NCBI GenBank assembly: GCA_964430295.1
Contig: CAYSEV010000002.1
Location: forward strand, 7,024-71,023
Direction: 5' to 3'
From: an uncultured Gammaproteobacteria bacterium
Lineage (GTDB): Bacteria; Patescibacteriota; Microgenomatia; UBA10105; UBA927
Length of the DNA stretch: 64,000 bases
In this document: in pieces, positions 29,007 through 39,013 of the stretch
How positions within the stretch are numbered: the first letter of the stretch is position 1
Layout: the number at the start of each line of letters is the position of its first letter
Notes under the pieces: generated by a model
The model's input: only the letters and a program-made list of their open reading frames with translations
The model's database searches: none
What the model was told of the DNA's origin: nothing
Position numbers and translations under genes: made by a program

Positions 29007-30676
29007 AAAAACGTTCAATGATGTTTTGGATTATCCTCATAGTGTCTGCTGTGCTTCGTTTATATCAATTGGGTGCTGTCCCTATAAGCCCCGATTGGGA
29101 CGAAGCTGCTCTTGGATATAATGCGTATACACTTCTACATACAGGCAGGGATGAATATGGGACGAGGCTGCCAACATCTATACGGTCATTCGGGGATTAT
29201 AAGCCGCCGGTGTATGCATACATGGCGGTTCCATCTGTTGCGCTATTTGGACTCAATGTGTTTGCAGTTCGGCTTCCATCGGCAATCATGGGAATACTTG
29301 CTGTCGTTGGTGTGTTTTATTTGACTTTTGAGTTACTTGTTCTTGCAAAGAAACATACAGGGAGTAAAGAAATCATAGCGGTTCTTACGCAGTATCAGCG
29401 TCACATACCGCTATTTTCAATGGCTCTTCTTTCTATTTCACCATGGCATCTTCAATTCTCCCGTGTTGCATTTGAAGCAAATATTGGTCTGACGATTCAA
29501 ATATGGGCTATCACTATCTTTTTAATGAGTTTGAACAAACGTGTACTATTGCCTGTTTCCGCATTCTTATTTTCGTTAGGCATGTATGCGTATCATAGTG
29601 AACGTGTATTTTTACCACTTATGGGACTGCTTTTAGCAGCTCTATTTCGAAAAGAATTATTTGAAAAAAACCACATAAAATATACAGTATTCTCAATAGC
29701 TATTATTGCTGTCTGCCTTGTCCCACTCGTTCGCAGTATGACAGATGATGCAACCGTCGCGAGGCTCAAAGGAACAAGTTCATTTACAAATCAGGTAACC
29801 ATGCTGAATCGTTCCATTCATAAGCTCGAAGAGGATCAGAAAAATGGTAATAAACTGGGTGTATTGTTTGATAACAGACGATTTGTTTGGGTTCGTACAG
29901 TCGTGTCAGGATATTTGTCTCACTTTTCAGTACAGTGGCTGTTTTTAGCGGGAGATAATCCGAGGCATCATGCACCGAGTATGGGGATGATGTATCTATG
30001 GGAATTGCCATTCCTGCTTATTGGTATAGTCTTTTTACTCAATTATATTCATTGGCGCACGGCGGCTATCATCATCGGATGGATACTTATCGCACCAGTT
30101 GCAGCATCTGTAACTACCGGGTTGCCGCATGGGGTGAGAACTCTTACATTTCTGCCGACGTTTCAACTACTTGTTTCAATGGGACTTGTGTATACCTTGT
30201 ATCTCCTTAAAACATATTCATCTGCCATCCAAAAAATTGCCGGTGCGCTTGTGATTGTTTCAGTTGTCTATGGATGTATCTATTATTTCACCATGTACTA
30301 TGTCCACATGGATGCGGAGGTCTCTGAAGATTGGCAATATGGATACGCCCATGTTGTTGCGTATACCGAGGGGCATAAGAGTGCATACAAAAAAGTAGTT
30401 GTTTCAACTTCATTGGATCAGTCGTATATATTTTTCCTCTTTTATACGGCGTATAATCCATCATCATATCTCTCCCGCGGTGGAACAGGTGGTATATATG
30501 GGGGAGACGTTCGCGTTGCATTTGATAGATATGAATTCAGACCTATTCGTTGGGATAATGAAGTGAAGGATGGGAGTATATTATATGTAGGAGCACCAAA
30601 CGAGATCCCACATCCGAACATCAAAGAGTTTACATATCTAAACGGCAAAAAATCGTTTAGTATCGCGGATAGATAA
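29003..30676 (+). CDS. ArnT/PMT-like GT-C glycosyltransferase (DE motif)
   Basis: Motifs WDEAALGYNAY..L.TGRDEYG, FGDYKPP, SPWHLQFSR.AFEAN, GDNPRH, PHG.R and WQYGY. Confidence 0.85.
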   Translation: MKKRSMMFWIILIVSAVLRLYQLGAVPISPDWDEAALGYNAYTLLHTGRDEYGTRLPTSIRSFGDYKPPVYAYMAVPSVALFGLNVFAVRLPSAIMGILAVVGVFYLTFELLVLAKKHTGSKEIIAVLTQYQRHIPLFSMALLSISPWHLQFSRVAFEANIGLTIQIWAITIFLMSLNKRVLLPVSAFLFSLGMYAYHSERVFLPLMGLLLAALFRKELFEKNHIKYTVFSIAIIAVCLVPLVRSMTDDATVARLKGTSSFTNQVTMLNRSIHKLEEDQKNGNKLGVLFDNRRFVWVRTVVSGYLSHFSVQWLFLAGDNPRHHAPSMGMMYLWELPFLLIGIVFLLNYIHWRTAAIIIGWILIAPVAASVTTGLPHGVRTLTFLPTFQLLVSMGLVYTLYLLKTYSSAIQKIAGALVIVSVVYGCIYYFTMYYVHMDAEVSEDWQYGYAHVVAYTEGHKSAYKKVVVSTSLDQSYIFFLFYTAYNPSSYLSRGGTGGIYGGDVRVAFDRYEFRPIRWDNEVKDGSILYVGAPNEIPHPNIKEFTYLNGKKSFSIADR

Positions 30677-30682
30677 TATCAA

Positions 30683-32284
30683 ATGTATTCTATGAAACAA
30701 CATAAAAAAATAAAAAAAGAGCTGCAACCCACTGTTCCTTTTCAACAGACTGGAACAAACAGACTGTATATAGGGCTGATTATTTGTATAGTTGTTTGGG
30801 GTATATTTCTTCGGAGTGTAGAATTGTTTAATGGAAATTTTCTGTTTGGGCTTGACCATGGGAGAGATTTTCTGGCTGCATATAATATAGTAGAGAATCA
30901 CAAACTGACGTTAATCGGAGCAGAGGCAGGCTCCGGAGTGGCTGGTATTAATGGCATTTTTCATGGACCGGGATACTTTTATCTTATCGCACTCTCATAT
31001 ATTCTTTTTGGCGGAAACCCTATTGGAGCAGAAGTGTTTATGGTGTTGTTTGGCGTGCTTGCGATTCTTTTTTCTATTAAATTTGGCTATGAATTGTGTG
31101 GAAAAGTTGGCGCAGTTCTTGCAACATTTTTTGTAACTGTCTCTCCACTTATTGTGTCGCAATCGCGATTTATCTGGAGCAGTCATCCTATTACTATTTT
31201 TGTATTGCTTTCCATATACTGTGTCTATCAGATACCAAAAAAACCGATTCTGTTTGCACCACTAGCTGTGTTTCTTGCAGGATTTACATATCATTCACAA
31301 CTGGGAGTTGCTGTCCCACTTACAGTTTCTGTACTTCTTGCCATACCTCTTGTATATAGAATTTCGGATTGGAAGGTGTATGCGTGGTCTTTTTTTGCAT
31401 TAATCATTGCGTATAGTCCTATGGCGTTTTTTGAACTGCGGCATAATTTTATGGCGGTACGAAGTGCCATTTCCTATGTGACGATCGGTGACTCTACCGG
31501 TGTTCATACACCGATTCTTGATCCTTTACGCCTGGCTAACCATACATTTGATTATTGGAATAATTTTTATAATACATTCACCTATGAATTTGGGTGGATA
31601 CCATGGGCAAAACAAATGGTGGTGCTTAAGATTATTCTACCGATTGTGGGTCTAGGTGCACTGCTCGTGAAAGAGAAGAAACAAAGACAATTTCTTTGGT
31701 TTATACTTCTCATGACCGTAACCACATGGGCAGGATTTTTACTGCTCAATAATACAGTATGGGATTATTATCTGACTCATACGCGCATCGGCTATATTCT
31801 ATTTTTTGTTATCTGCATGACAGCGCTGTGGAGGCAGAGAAAGCAATCTATTATCAAAAACGTCGGCGTTCTGCTTTGTGCAGTATTCATCGCGACAGTG
31901 GCATTTGGTTCCGTATTTCGACAATATGTTTCGTACACAATAGATATAAAAGACACAAATGTCATAGATAAAGTGAGGGCAAAGAAAGCAGTTATAGATA
32001 TGATGTATACCGACGCGGCCGGTCAGCCGTTTTCTGAATTTATTTTTGTTCCTCCTATTTATACATACGCATATGATTATTTATTTATGACCTATGGAAA
32101 AAAGCGGTATGGTTACGTTCCGGGAAAAGAAAAACATGGAATTGCATATCTGTTGATAGAACCGGATAATGGTCAACCATGGAGACAAAAAGGATGGCTT
32201 GAAACGGTGGTGCAGGGAGGGGAAACTGTTTGGAAAAAAACTATATATAATGGCATCATACTTGAAAAGAGGGTATATCCATGA
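30683..32284 (+). CDS. ArnT/PMT_2-like GT-C membrane glycosyltransferase (DH variant)
   Basis: Motifs LRS...FGLDHGRD, FHGPGYFY, QSRFIW and FELRH.F; many TM helices. Confidence 0.75.
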   Translation: MYSMKQHKKIKKELQPTVPFQQTGTNRLYIGLIICIVVWGIFLRSVELFNGNFLFGLDHGRDFLAAYNIVENHKLTLIGAEAGSGVAGINGIFHGPGYFYLIALSYILFGGNPIGAEVFMVLFGVLAILFSIKFGYELCGKVGAVLATFFVTVSPLIVSQSRFIWSSHPITIFVLLSIYCVYQIPKKPILFAPLAVFLAGFTYHSQLGVAVPLTVSVLLAIPLVYRISDWKVYAWSFFALIIAYSPMAFFELRHNFMAVRSAISYVTIGDSTGVHTPILDPLRLANHTFDYWNNFYNTFTYEFGWIPWAKQMVVLKIILPIVGLGALLVKEKKQRQFLWFILLMTVTTWAGFLLLNNTVWDYYLTHTRIGYILFFVICMTALWRQRKQSIIKNVGVLLCAVFIATVAFGSVFRQYVSYTIDIKDTNVIDKVRAKKAVIDMMYTDAAGQPFSEFIFVPPIYTYAYDYLFMTYGKKRYGYVPGKEKHGIAYLLIEPDNGQPWRQKGWLETVVQGGETVWKKTIYNGIILEKRVYP

Positions 32285-33945
32285 CGTTGTTACGGAAAAT
32301 TCCGATATGGATTTGGCTCCTTATTGCAGGTATTTTACCGATACTATCTTTAATTACTCCGGGACTTCCTATCACGCATGATGGGTCGGATCATGTGGCA
32401 CGAATTGCAAATTTTTATTTGGCTCTAAAGGAAGGAATAATCGTTCCGCGATGGGCTTCAAGTTTAAATTGGGGGTACGGACATCCTATTTTGATGTTTC
32501 TCTATCCACTATCTTCTTATACAGCGTCGCTGTTTCATGCGATAGGATTCTCATTTATAGATAGTACAAAATTGGTGTTTGCAGTTGGATATGTAGCAAG
32601 TATATGGGCAATGTATCTGTGGGTAAAAAAAATGTTTGGAGAAAAACCGGCGATTATCGGCTCATTATTATATGGTTTTGCTCCATACCGTTTTGTGGAT
32701 CTGTATGTTCGCGGAGCTATCGGTGAACATATGGCATTCATATTTCCACCACTCTTCTGTTATTTCCTTTTGCTTCTTTCTAAGGAAAAATCTGTGCGAA
32801 AAAATATAGGTTCAGGGATTGGCTTAGCGGTATCTTTCGCCGGCCTCATGCTGGCGCACAACGCTATTGCACTTATGATGATCCCGCTTTTTGTTCTGTA
32901 TGGAATATATTTGCTGAAGTTTGAGGCAGTGAAAAAACTTCAGTTTATTATTCTCTCAAAAATATCGGTTATTCTAGGCTTTGGATTATCTGCATTTTTT
33001 TGGATTCCGGCTTTTTTTGAAGGAAAATATACACTACGCGATATTGTTACTGCTGGAGAGGTTTTAGAACGGTTTGTCCCTTGGACAAACTTTTTTTATT
33101 CACCATGGAATTTCGGCGGGACAGATATGCTCTCAAAATCCCTGGGAGTAGCAGGAATTTTCTTAGTTGGTGCATCAATCTATACCATTACAAAATGGGG
33201 GAATCAAAAGCTAAAATTATTTACAGTCGTAAATCTGTTGATATTACTTATAACACTTGTGTTGATGACCTCCATTTCAAAACCCATATGGATGGCACTG
33301 ACAATTCTACAAAAATTTCAATTTCCCTGGCGGTTTCTTTCTGTAACAACAGTACTTGTTTCACTTATTGGTTCAACTGTCGTATATCTAATTGAGCAAA
33401 AAATATCTAAACATATATTTTCTTTATTGTTTATTAGCTACTGTTTATTGATCATTTTTTCAACTGTCCATATGTGGCACCCTAAAGCATATCAGAAAAA
33501 AAATGAATCCTATTTTACCGGTATATATATGAGTACTACAGATACCGGTGAAAGTAGTCCTATATGGTCCATCAGATTTATGGAACATACACCTAATGCC
33601 GTTTCTGAGGTTATAGATGGGGAAGCCACTATACAGCAGACCTATCGTTCAACCACGAGACATACATATACGATAACTGCATCTAAACCATCCAGGATTT
33701 TGGAAAATACGTTATATTTTCCAGGATGGAACACATACGTAGACAATACTCCCGTCACTATGCAGTTTCAGGATCCGAATTACAGAGGACTGATCACATA
33801 TGATATTTCGCAGGGGTCTCATGTTGTCTCTGTCCGGTTTGAAGATACAAAAGTTAGAAAGCTTGCGAATATCATATCTATAGTCAGTGGTTTTCTACTT
33901 GTATTCCTATTTATACTATGTACTGTATGGAAAAGAAAAAAATAA
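32281..33945 (+). CDS. Polytopic GT-C-type glycosyltransferase, PTPS-related-domain group
   Basis: Motifs THDG.DHVAR, PRWA..LNWGYG.P, PYR.VDLYVRGAIGE, FFWIPAFFE, QFPWR and YFPGW..YVD. Confidence 0.8.
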   Translation: MTLLRKIPIWIWLLIAGILPILSLITPGLPITHDGSDHVARIANFYLALKEGIIVPRWASSLNWGYGHPILMFLYPLSSYTASLFHAIGFSFIDSTKLVFAVGYVASIWAMYLWVKKMFGEKPAIIGSLLYGFAPYRFVDLYVRGAIGEHMAFIFPPLFCYFLLLLSKEKSVRKNIGSGIGLAVSFAGLMLAHNAIALMMIPLFVLYGIYLLKFEAVKKLQFIILSKISVILGFGLSAFFWIPAFFEGKYTLRDIVTAGEVLERFVPWTNFFYSPWNFGGTDMLSKSLGVAGIFLVGASIYTITKWGNQKLKLFTVVNLLILLITLVLMTSISKPIWMALTILQKFQFPWRFLSVTTVLVSLIGSTVVYLIEQKISKHIFSLLFISYCLLIIFSTVHMWHPKAYQKKNESYFTGIYMSTTDTGESSPIWSIRFMEHTPNAVSEVIDGEATIQQTYRSTTRHTYTITASKPSRILENTLYFPGWNTYVDNTPVTMQFQDPNYRGLITYDISQGSHVVSVRFEDTKVRKLANIISIVSGFLLVFLFILCTVWKRKK

Positions 33946-34709
33946 CTCTTTCAGTTGCTCTTGCGGTTTTTAATGAATCAAAAAATCTTCGGATGTGTCT
34001 GGATTCTATTAAAGATATTGCCGATGAACTCATTATCGTGGATGGGGGATCATCCGATAATACCGTAGCTATTGCAAAAGAATATCATGCAACGGTCATT
34101 CAGACCGATAATCCGAAAATATTTCATATAAATAAACAAAAAGCACTCGATGAGTGTACATGTATGTGGATATTGCAACTGGATGCTGATGAGGTTATTC
34201 CCGAAGATCTTAAAAAAGAAATCGTTTCAACAATTAACAATGAACAATCAACCATCAACGGTTACTATATCCCAAGAAGTAATTATTTTTGGGGACATTT
34301 TATGAAAAAGGGAGGACAATACCCGGATAGTGTTATCCGTCTGGTTAAGAACGGGTACGCGACATTTCCTTGCAAAAGCGTACATGAACAAATTTTAATT
34401 CAGGGTAATGTTGGTACATTACTACACCCGATGAAACATTACACGTATCGTACACGCGCAGATTACTGGAAAAAAGCACATATCTATACATCACTGACTG
34501 CGTCGGAATTGAAAAACACGTATGGAAATACAATCGGTGCAAAAATAAGACTACTGTTTATATACGGATTATTGAAGCCAATAATCACATTCTTGACAAT
34601 ATATATCCGCCACAAAGGATTTGTAGATGGACTGACCGGATTTGAGTTTTCTCTCTATAGTGCTCTTCATTATACGTGGGCATATATAAAGTATCTTCGA
34701 AACATATGA
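33927..34709 (+). CDS. GT2 glycosyltransferase (WaaE/LgtF-like group)
   Basis: Motifs AVFNE, VDGGSSD.T, WILQLDADE, YPD.VIRL, SVHEQ and GFVDG..G. Confidence 0.85.
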   Translation: MEKKKITLSVALAVFNESKNLRMCLDSIKDIADELIIVDGGSSDNTVAIAKEYHATVIQTDNPKIFHINKQKALDECTCMWILQLDADEVIPEDLKKEIVSTINNEQSTINGYYIPRSNYFWGHFMKKGGQYPDSVIRLVKNGYATFPCKSVHEQILIQGNVGTLLHPMKHYTYRTRADYWKKAHIYTSLTASELKNTYGNTIGAKIRLLFIYGLLKPIITFLTIYIRHKGFVDGLTGFEFSLYSALHYTWAYIKYLRNI

Positions 34710-35245
34710 AAAAATATTTCTTAAATAGTGTATTAATTATTGCTTATTTTTTACTTACACATCCTTTGCAGGTTTATGCGGAATATATGCTTCCATATCC
34801 ATCAACAATGCCGGGAAATAAGATATATAAAATTTCGCGAGTTTTGGATTCGCTAAAAGCATATTGGTATGTTGGTGACATCGCGCAGGTAAAATACCAT
34901 CTTATGCTAAGTGATAAATATCTGGTCGAATCAAAAACACTTTTTGAATATAAACAGTATCTTTTGGCACGAGATGCTCTAAAAAGATCAGATGTGCATT
35001 TTACTGCACTCAAAGAGGCACTGGTTCATATAAAACAAAGCGGGAAAAATGTTACTGAGAGTAGCCGTACTGTTTCTGAAGCGGCAGATGCACATATTCA
35101 GGTTCTTAATACGTTACAAAATGTAATGCCTGAAGTGTTTGATTGGATACCCGAGAAAGGCGAAAAAACTCATATATCAATAACAGAATTACTTTCAAAT
35201 GCAAAACAAATACGTATGTCTGTTCGCCAAACTATTGAGAAATAA
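34706..35245 (+). CDS. Exported or membrane-anchored helical protein, DUF5667-like
   Basis: Start at ATG 34706 (ATGA overlap). Signal-peptide-like N-terminus (..VYA/E), then YMLPYP..MPG.KIYK and SDK.L.E, resembling DUF5667 from memory. Confidence 0.6.
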   Translation: MKKYFLNSVLIIAYFLLTHPLQVYAEYMLPYPSTMPGNKIYKISRVLDSLKAYWYVGDIAQVKYHLMLSDKYLVESKTLFEYKQYLLARDALKRSDVHFTALKEALVHIKQSGKNVTESSRTVSEAADAHIQVLNTLQNVMPEVFDWIPEKGEKTHISITELLSNAKQIRMSVRQTIEK

Positions 35246-35247
35246 CT

Positions 35248-36393
35248 ATGAAGCGTATTGTGTATGTTATCTCCATATTCATTGCTTTTTATATACTTTT
35301 TCTTTCGTATGCATTTCTGGATGTACATATATCACTTGCTCCATCATTTCCTGTAGAGTCATATCTAGTACAGATTAATGCATATGCGAGAAATCATCGG
35401 CCGGAAATGACAACACTATGGCTATTGGCATGCTGTGCGTTAAGTGCTTGTTACGTATATATTCTAAAAACAGCACATACTATAGGAAAAAAATCTTATA
35501 AATTCGTTTGGATTTGCATTGCGACTACTGCCATCATACTAGCGTTCGCATATCCCGCCACCTCCTATGATCTTTTCAACTATATAACAACGGCAAAAGT
35601 TACATATTACTATAAAGAAAATCCATATATCGTTATGCCTGTGGAATTCACGGGTGAGCCATATCTTGCATTTACCAGAGCTGCAAATAAAACTGCGCTC
35701 TATGGTCCTGTATGGATACTTATTACTGCAGTTCCATATATGTTGGGTGGTGAAAATATCTGGGCAACTATAATAACCTTTAAACTGTTAAATACAGCAG
35801 TTTATTTATTGTTCTTATATTGCATTTTCCGCATAACCAGATCAATGAAAAATGTTCTTTTTTTTGCATTTAATCCGTTGGTATTACTCGAAGTCCTTGT
35901 ATCAGGACATAACGATATATATATGATGATTTTTTCGTTAAGCGGCATATACCTCTGGTGGCACAATAGAAAAATATCCGGGTTTTTCTTATTCTTCCTT
36001 TCCTGGTTTATAAAAGGCATGACGATAACATTTTTGCCGCTTCTTTTCTTTCGAAATAAATCCTGGGAGCACATACTTCGATTCGCGTATTGGGTCGCAT
36101 TGTTTGTGTTTTTTGTTTTCGCCCCGCTTCGCGAAGAGTTATATCCTTGGTATGCAATATGGTTTATATCAATTGCCTCTCTTATGAATTTTGAAACTAA
36201 CCGGTTTATATATTCTCTTACAGTAGTCTTGTCTCTCACTCTGGAACTGCGACATTTACCGTATATGTGGATGGGTTACTATGAAGGTCCGGGGCCGATG
36301 CTGCGGATGCTTATCACCGGTATTCCTGTCTGTATATTTCTTCTAATATACCCTCTAATGAAATATAAACAATCACTATCTGTAAGAATATGA
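35248..36393 (+). CDS. GT87/MptA-like polyprenol-phosphomannose-dependent mannosyltransferase-like GT-C protein
   Basis: Motifs SYDLFNY, ENPY, LYGP.W, FK.L, NPLVLLE....GHND and YPWY..W. Confidence 0.7.
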   Translation: MKRIVYVISIFIAFYILFLSYAFLDVHISLAPSFPVESYLVQINAYARNHRPEMTTLWLLACCALSACYVYILKTAHTIGKKSYKFVWICIATTAIILAFAYPATSYDLFNYITTAKVTYYYKENPYIVMPVEFTGEPYLAFTRAANKTALYGPVWILITAVPYMLGGENIWATIITFKLLNTAVYLLFLYCIFRITRSMKNVLFFAFNPLVLLEVLVSGHNDIYMMIFSLSGIYLWWHNRKISGFFLFFLSWFIKGMTITFLPLLFFRNKSWEHILRFAYWVALFVFFVFAPLREELYPWYAIWFISIASLMNFETNRFIYSLTVVLSLTLELRHLPYMWMGYYEGPGPMLRMLITGIPVCIFLLIYPLMKYKQSLSVRI

Positions 36394-37973
36394 GTATACG
36401 TAGCATTGTTTTGTGGATTTGTTGTTTGTTTCTCATAGTGAATGCAGTTTTTTCATTAACCGGGTCATCATATATACCGACACATGACGGTGAGTACCAT
36501 ATTATTCGCATTGTCGAATTTTCAAAAATGCTTAGGGCAGGATATCTCTTTCCCCGATGGGCACCCGACTTAAACAGCGGATATGGTATTCCTATATTCC
36601 AATATCATTATCCGCTCCCAAATTATATAGGCTCTATACTACGATTTGTTGCGCATGATGCAGTCTATGCATTTCAATGGTCATTGGTTTTTGCATACAT
36701 TGCTGTTGTAATAGGATTTTTTTATTGGTTATCCTGTTTTTATTCAATTCCCATAGCATTTTTTGGGTCAGTGATTGGGTCTTACACACCGTATCTTTTC
36801 CTTGATATCTATGTACGGGGTGTTATTGGAGAGGTATGGGCAATCGCATTATTTGGATTTATATTAGGAAATATAGAGCGCAAGCGTTACTTATTTGCAT
36901 CTTTGTGTTTTGCTCTTCTAATACTTTCTCATAATATTTCTGCAATGATATTTGGCATATATGTATGTTGCTACGCACTCTATAGGCATCGAAACGTATA
37001 TTTTTTGGCAATCGGTGCACTTTTGGCATCTTATTTTTGGATACCTGCTGTATTTGAACAAACGTATGTAGTAGGTTTAAACACAGTTAATTTTCGTGAC
37101 CATTTTGTACAACTATATGAATTTCTGATCCCTTCATGGGGCACACAGTTTTCAGCAACGGGTGCAATAGGAAATAAAATGTCATTTCAGTTCGGAATTA
37201 TACCTCTCAGTATCAGCATCCTTGTAGTCATTGGCAGTGTGCGTGAAAAAAATATGAGAGTTGCATCACCACTGCGTTTTTTAGTGTTAACGATGTTTGC
37301 CTTTATGTTGTTATTTCCGATTTCAACGCCAATCTGGAATGTGTTGTTTCCTCTGCAGTTTGTACAATATCCATGGAGATTTTTATCGTTTGCTATTCCT
37401 ATTACAGCATTTGGAGTGTCATACATTATATATAAACGTAAATCTTTTATGCTCTCTCTGTTGATATTAGTTAGTGTCTTAGGTCTTACATGGAAGTATG
37501 TTCGACCAGTTTTGTATCAACCAAGGAATGAATCGTATTATCTGTCTAGGTCAAATTTTACAGATGGCACATCATCTATGGGAAACAGTTTTTCTACAGT
37601 GTGGTCTTCGTGGAAAGAAACAAGACCAATATCAGATATTACAGTGAATCATGGGATCATTACGACGAGGATAGTATCCCGCTACCTTAAAAAAACGTTC
37701 CAGGTCAACATGTCTCAACACGGAGAAGTGCAGGTAAATACCGTATATTTCCCTGGTTGGATTGCATATGTAGATGGTAAGCAAACAGAAATAGAGTATA
37801 AAAAAGATGGAATAATACACATATCTGTACCTGAAGGAGTTCATGAGATAACAATTTATTTTACTGAAACGCCACTGCGATTGTTCGCAGATGTTTTATC
37901 AATTGCCAGTTTAATAGGTGTACTAGGATGGGGTATACTTTCACTACGAAACGCAAAAGATCGCGTTACATAA
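36390..37973 (+). CDS. Polytopic GT-C-type glycosyltransferase, PTPS-related-domain group
   Basis: Motifs THDGEYHI.R, PRWAPDLN.GYG.P, YVRG.IGE, YFWIPA.FE, QYPWR and YFPGW.AYVDG. Confidence 0.8.
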   Translation: MSIRSIVLWICCLFLIVNAVFSLTGSSYIPTHDGEYHIIRIVEFSKMLRAGYLFPRWAPDLNSGYGIPIFQYHYPLPNYIGSILRFVAHDAVYAFQWSLVFAYIAVVIGFFYWLSCFYSIPIAFFGSVIGSYTPYLFLDIYVRGVIGEVWAIALFGFILGNIERKRYLFASLCFALLILSHNISAMIFGIYVCCYALYRHRNVYFLAIGALLASYFWIPAVFEQTYVVGLNTVNFRDHFVQLYEFLIPSWGTQFSATGAIGNKMSFQFGIIPLSISILVVIGSVREKNMRVASPLRFLVLTMFAFMLLFPISTPIWNVLFPLQFVQYPWRFLSFAIPITAFGVSYIIYKRKSFMLSLLILVSVLGLTWKYVRPVLYQPRNESYYLSRSNFTDGTSSMGNSFSTVWSSWKETRPISDITVNHGIITTRIVSRYLKKTFQVNMSQHGEVQVNTVYFPGWIAYVDGKQTEIEYKKDGIIHISVPEGVHEITIYFTETPLRLFADVLSIASLIGVLGWGILSLRNAKDRVT

Positions 37974-37975
37974 AT

Positions 37976-39013
37976 ATGCATATTGCAATAGATATTTCAC
38001 CACTTGAATCTGGCCATAATGGAAGAGGCGTTGGTGTGTATACAAAGTTACTTATTGAAGCGATACAGACATATCAGAAAGAGCATGTTGTATCCCTCGT
38101 TACTCATCAACATGATATTCCCGATACATGTAATATCGTGCACTACCCGTACTTTGATCCGTTTTTTTTAACATTACCGCTTATTCGGAAATATCCTACT
38201 GTAGTAACAGTTCACGATGTTATACCTCTATTATATCCGGACAAATTTCCTGCAGGGATAAAGGGGTCTATTAAATTCCAAATTCAGAAATTTTCACTAT
38301 CGTCTGTAAAACGGATTATTACTGATTCAAATACTTCTAAAGAAGATATTAAAAAAGTATTTAATCGGGACCCGAAATCCATAGATGTTGTGTATCTGGC
38401 TTCATCAATACGTGAACATGGAAGCACAACGATAGGTTCATCTCAGAAAGAATTAAAATCATCACCGTATATCATGTATGTAGGTGATGTGAATTGGAAT
38501 AAAAATATTCTAGGACTGCTGACTGCCTTTGCCAACATAATAAAGACCCATCCGACTCTTCAACTATTACTTGTTGGTAAATCGTTTTGCGACGAATCCC
38601 TAGTAGAAGTTCAAGAGATAAAACAGCAAATAAATTCACTTAATCTCGAATCACATATACAAATGCCCGGGTTTGTTGACACAAAAACACTTGTAGAATT
38701 ATATAAAAATGCTATTTGCCTTATTCAGCCTTCTTTTTATGAAGGGTTTGGTTTTTCCGTGGTTGATGCTCTATCTTTAGGATGTCCGGTTGTCTGTTCC
38801 CGAGTTTCATCTCTTTCAGAAATTAGCGGACCTTCTATGCAAATTGATCCAAATGTTCCTGAAACAATGACAGAACGAGTATTGGAGTTGCTTCAAATGT
38901 CCGATATGAAACGCAAAAAAATGATACAGGATGGATATGATTGGGTTTTGCAATTCACATGGGAAAAAGTTGCCAAAGAAACCATAGAATCATATAAAAA
39001 AGCTATCGTATGA
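37976..39013 (+). CDS. GT4 glycosyltransferase (MtfB/WbaZ-like mannosyltransferase group)
   Basis: Start at ATG 37976. Motifs RGVG.Y, TVHD.IP, YVG...NKN and PS.YEGFG..V.DA..G.PV. Confidence 0.85.
   Translation: MHIAIDISPLESGHNGRGVGVYTKLLIEAIQTYQKEHVVSLVTHQHDIPDTCNIVHYPYFDPFFLTLPLIRKYPTVVTVHDVIPLLYPDKFPAGIKGSIKFQIQKFSLSSVKRIITDSNTSKEDIKKVFNRDPKSIDVVYLASSIREHGSTTIGSSQKELKSSPYIMYVGDVNWNKNILGLLTAFANIIKTHPTLQLLLVGKSFCDESLVEVQEIKQQINSLNLESHIQMPGFVDTKTLVELYKNAICLIQPSFYEGFGFSVVDALSLGCPVVCSRVSSLSEISGPSMQIDPNVPETMTERVLELLQMSDMKRKKMIQDGYDWVLQFTWEKVAKETIESYKKAIV

Noticed and set aside
4594-34709. LPS core or lipid A modification locus
   Set aside because: No lpx, kds, waaA/C/F, heptose or arnABCD genes are seen; the WaaE-like and ArnT-like labels are family-level only.
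733-37973. Pterin biosynthesis (from the '6-pyruvoyl-tetrahydropterin synthase-related' family name)
   Set aside because: The proteins are polytopic membrane proteins with GT-C-like features and no resemblance to the small soluble PTPS enzyme; the name is historical.
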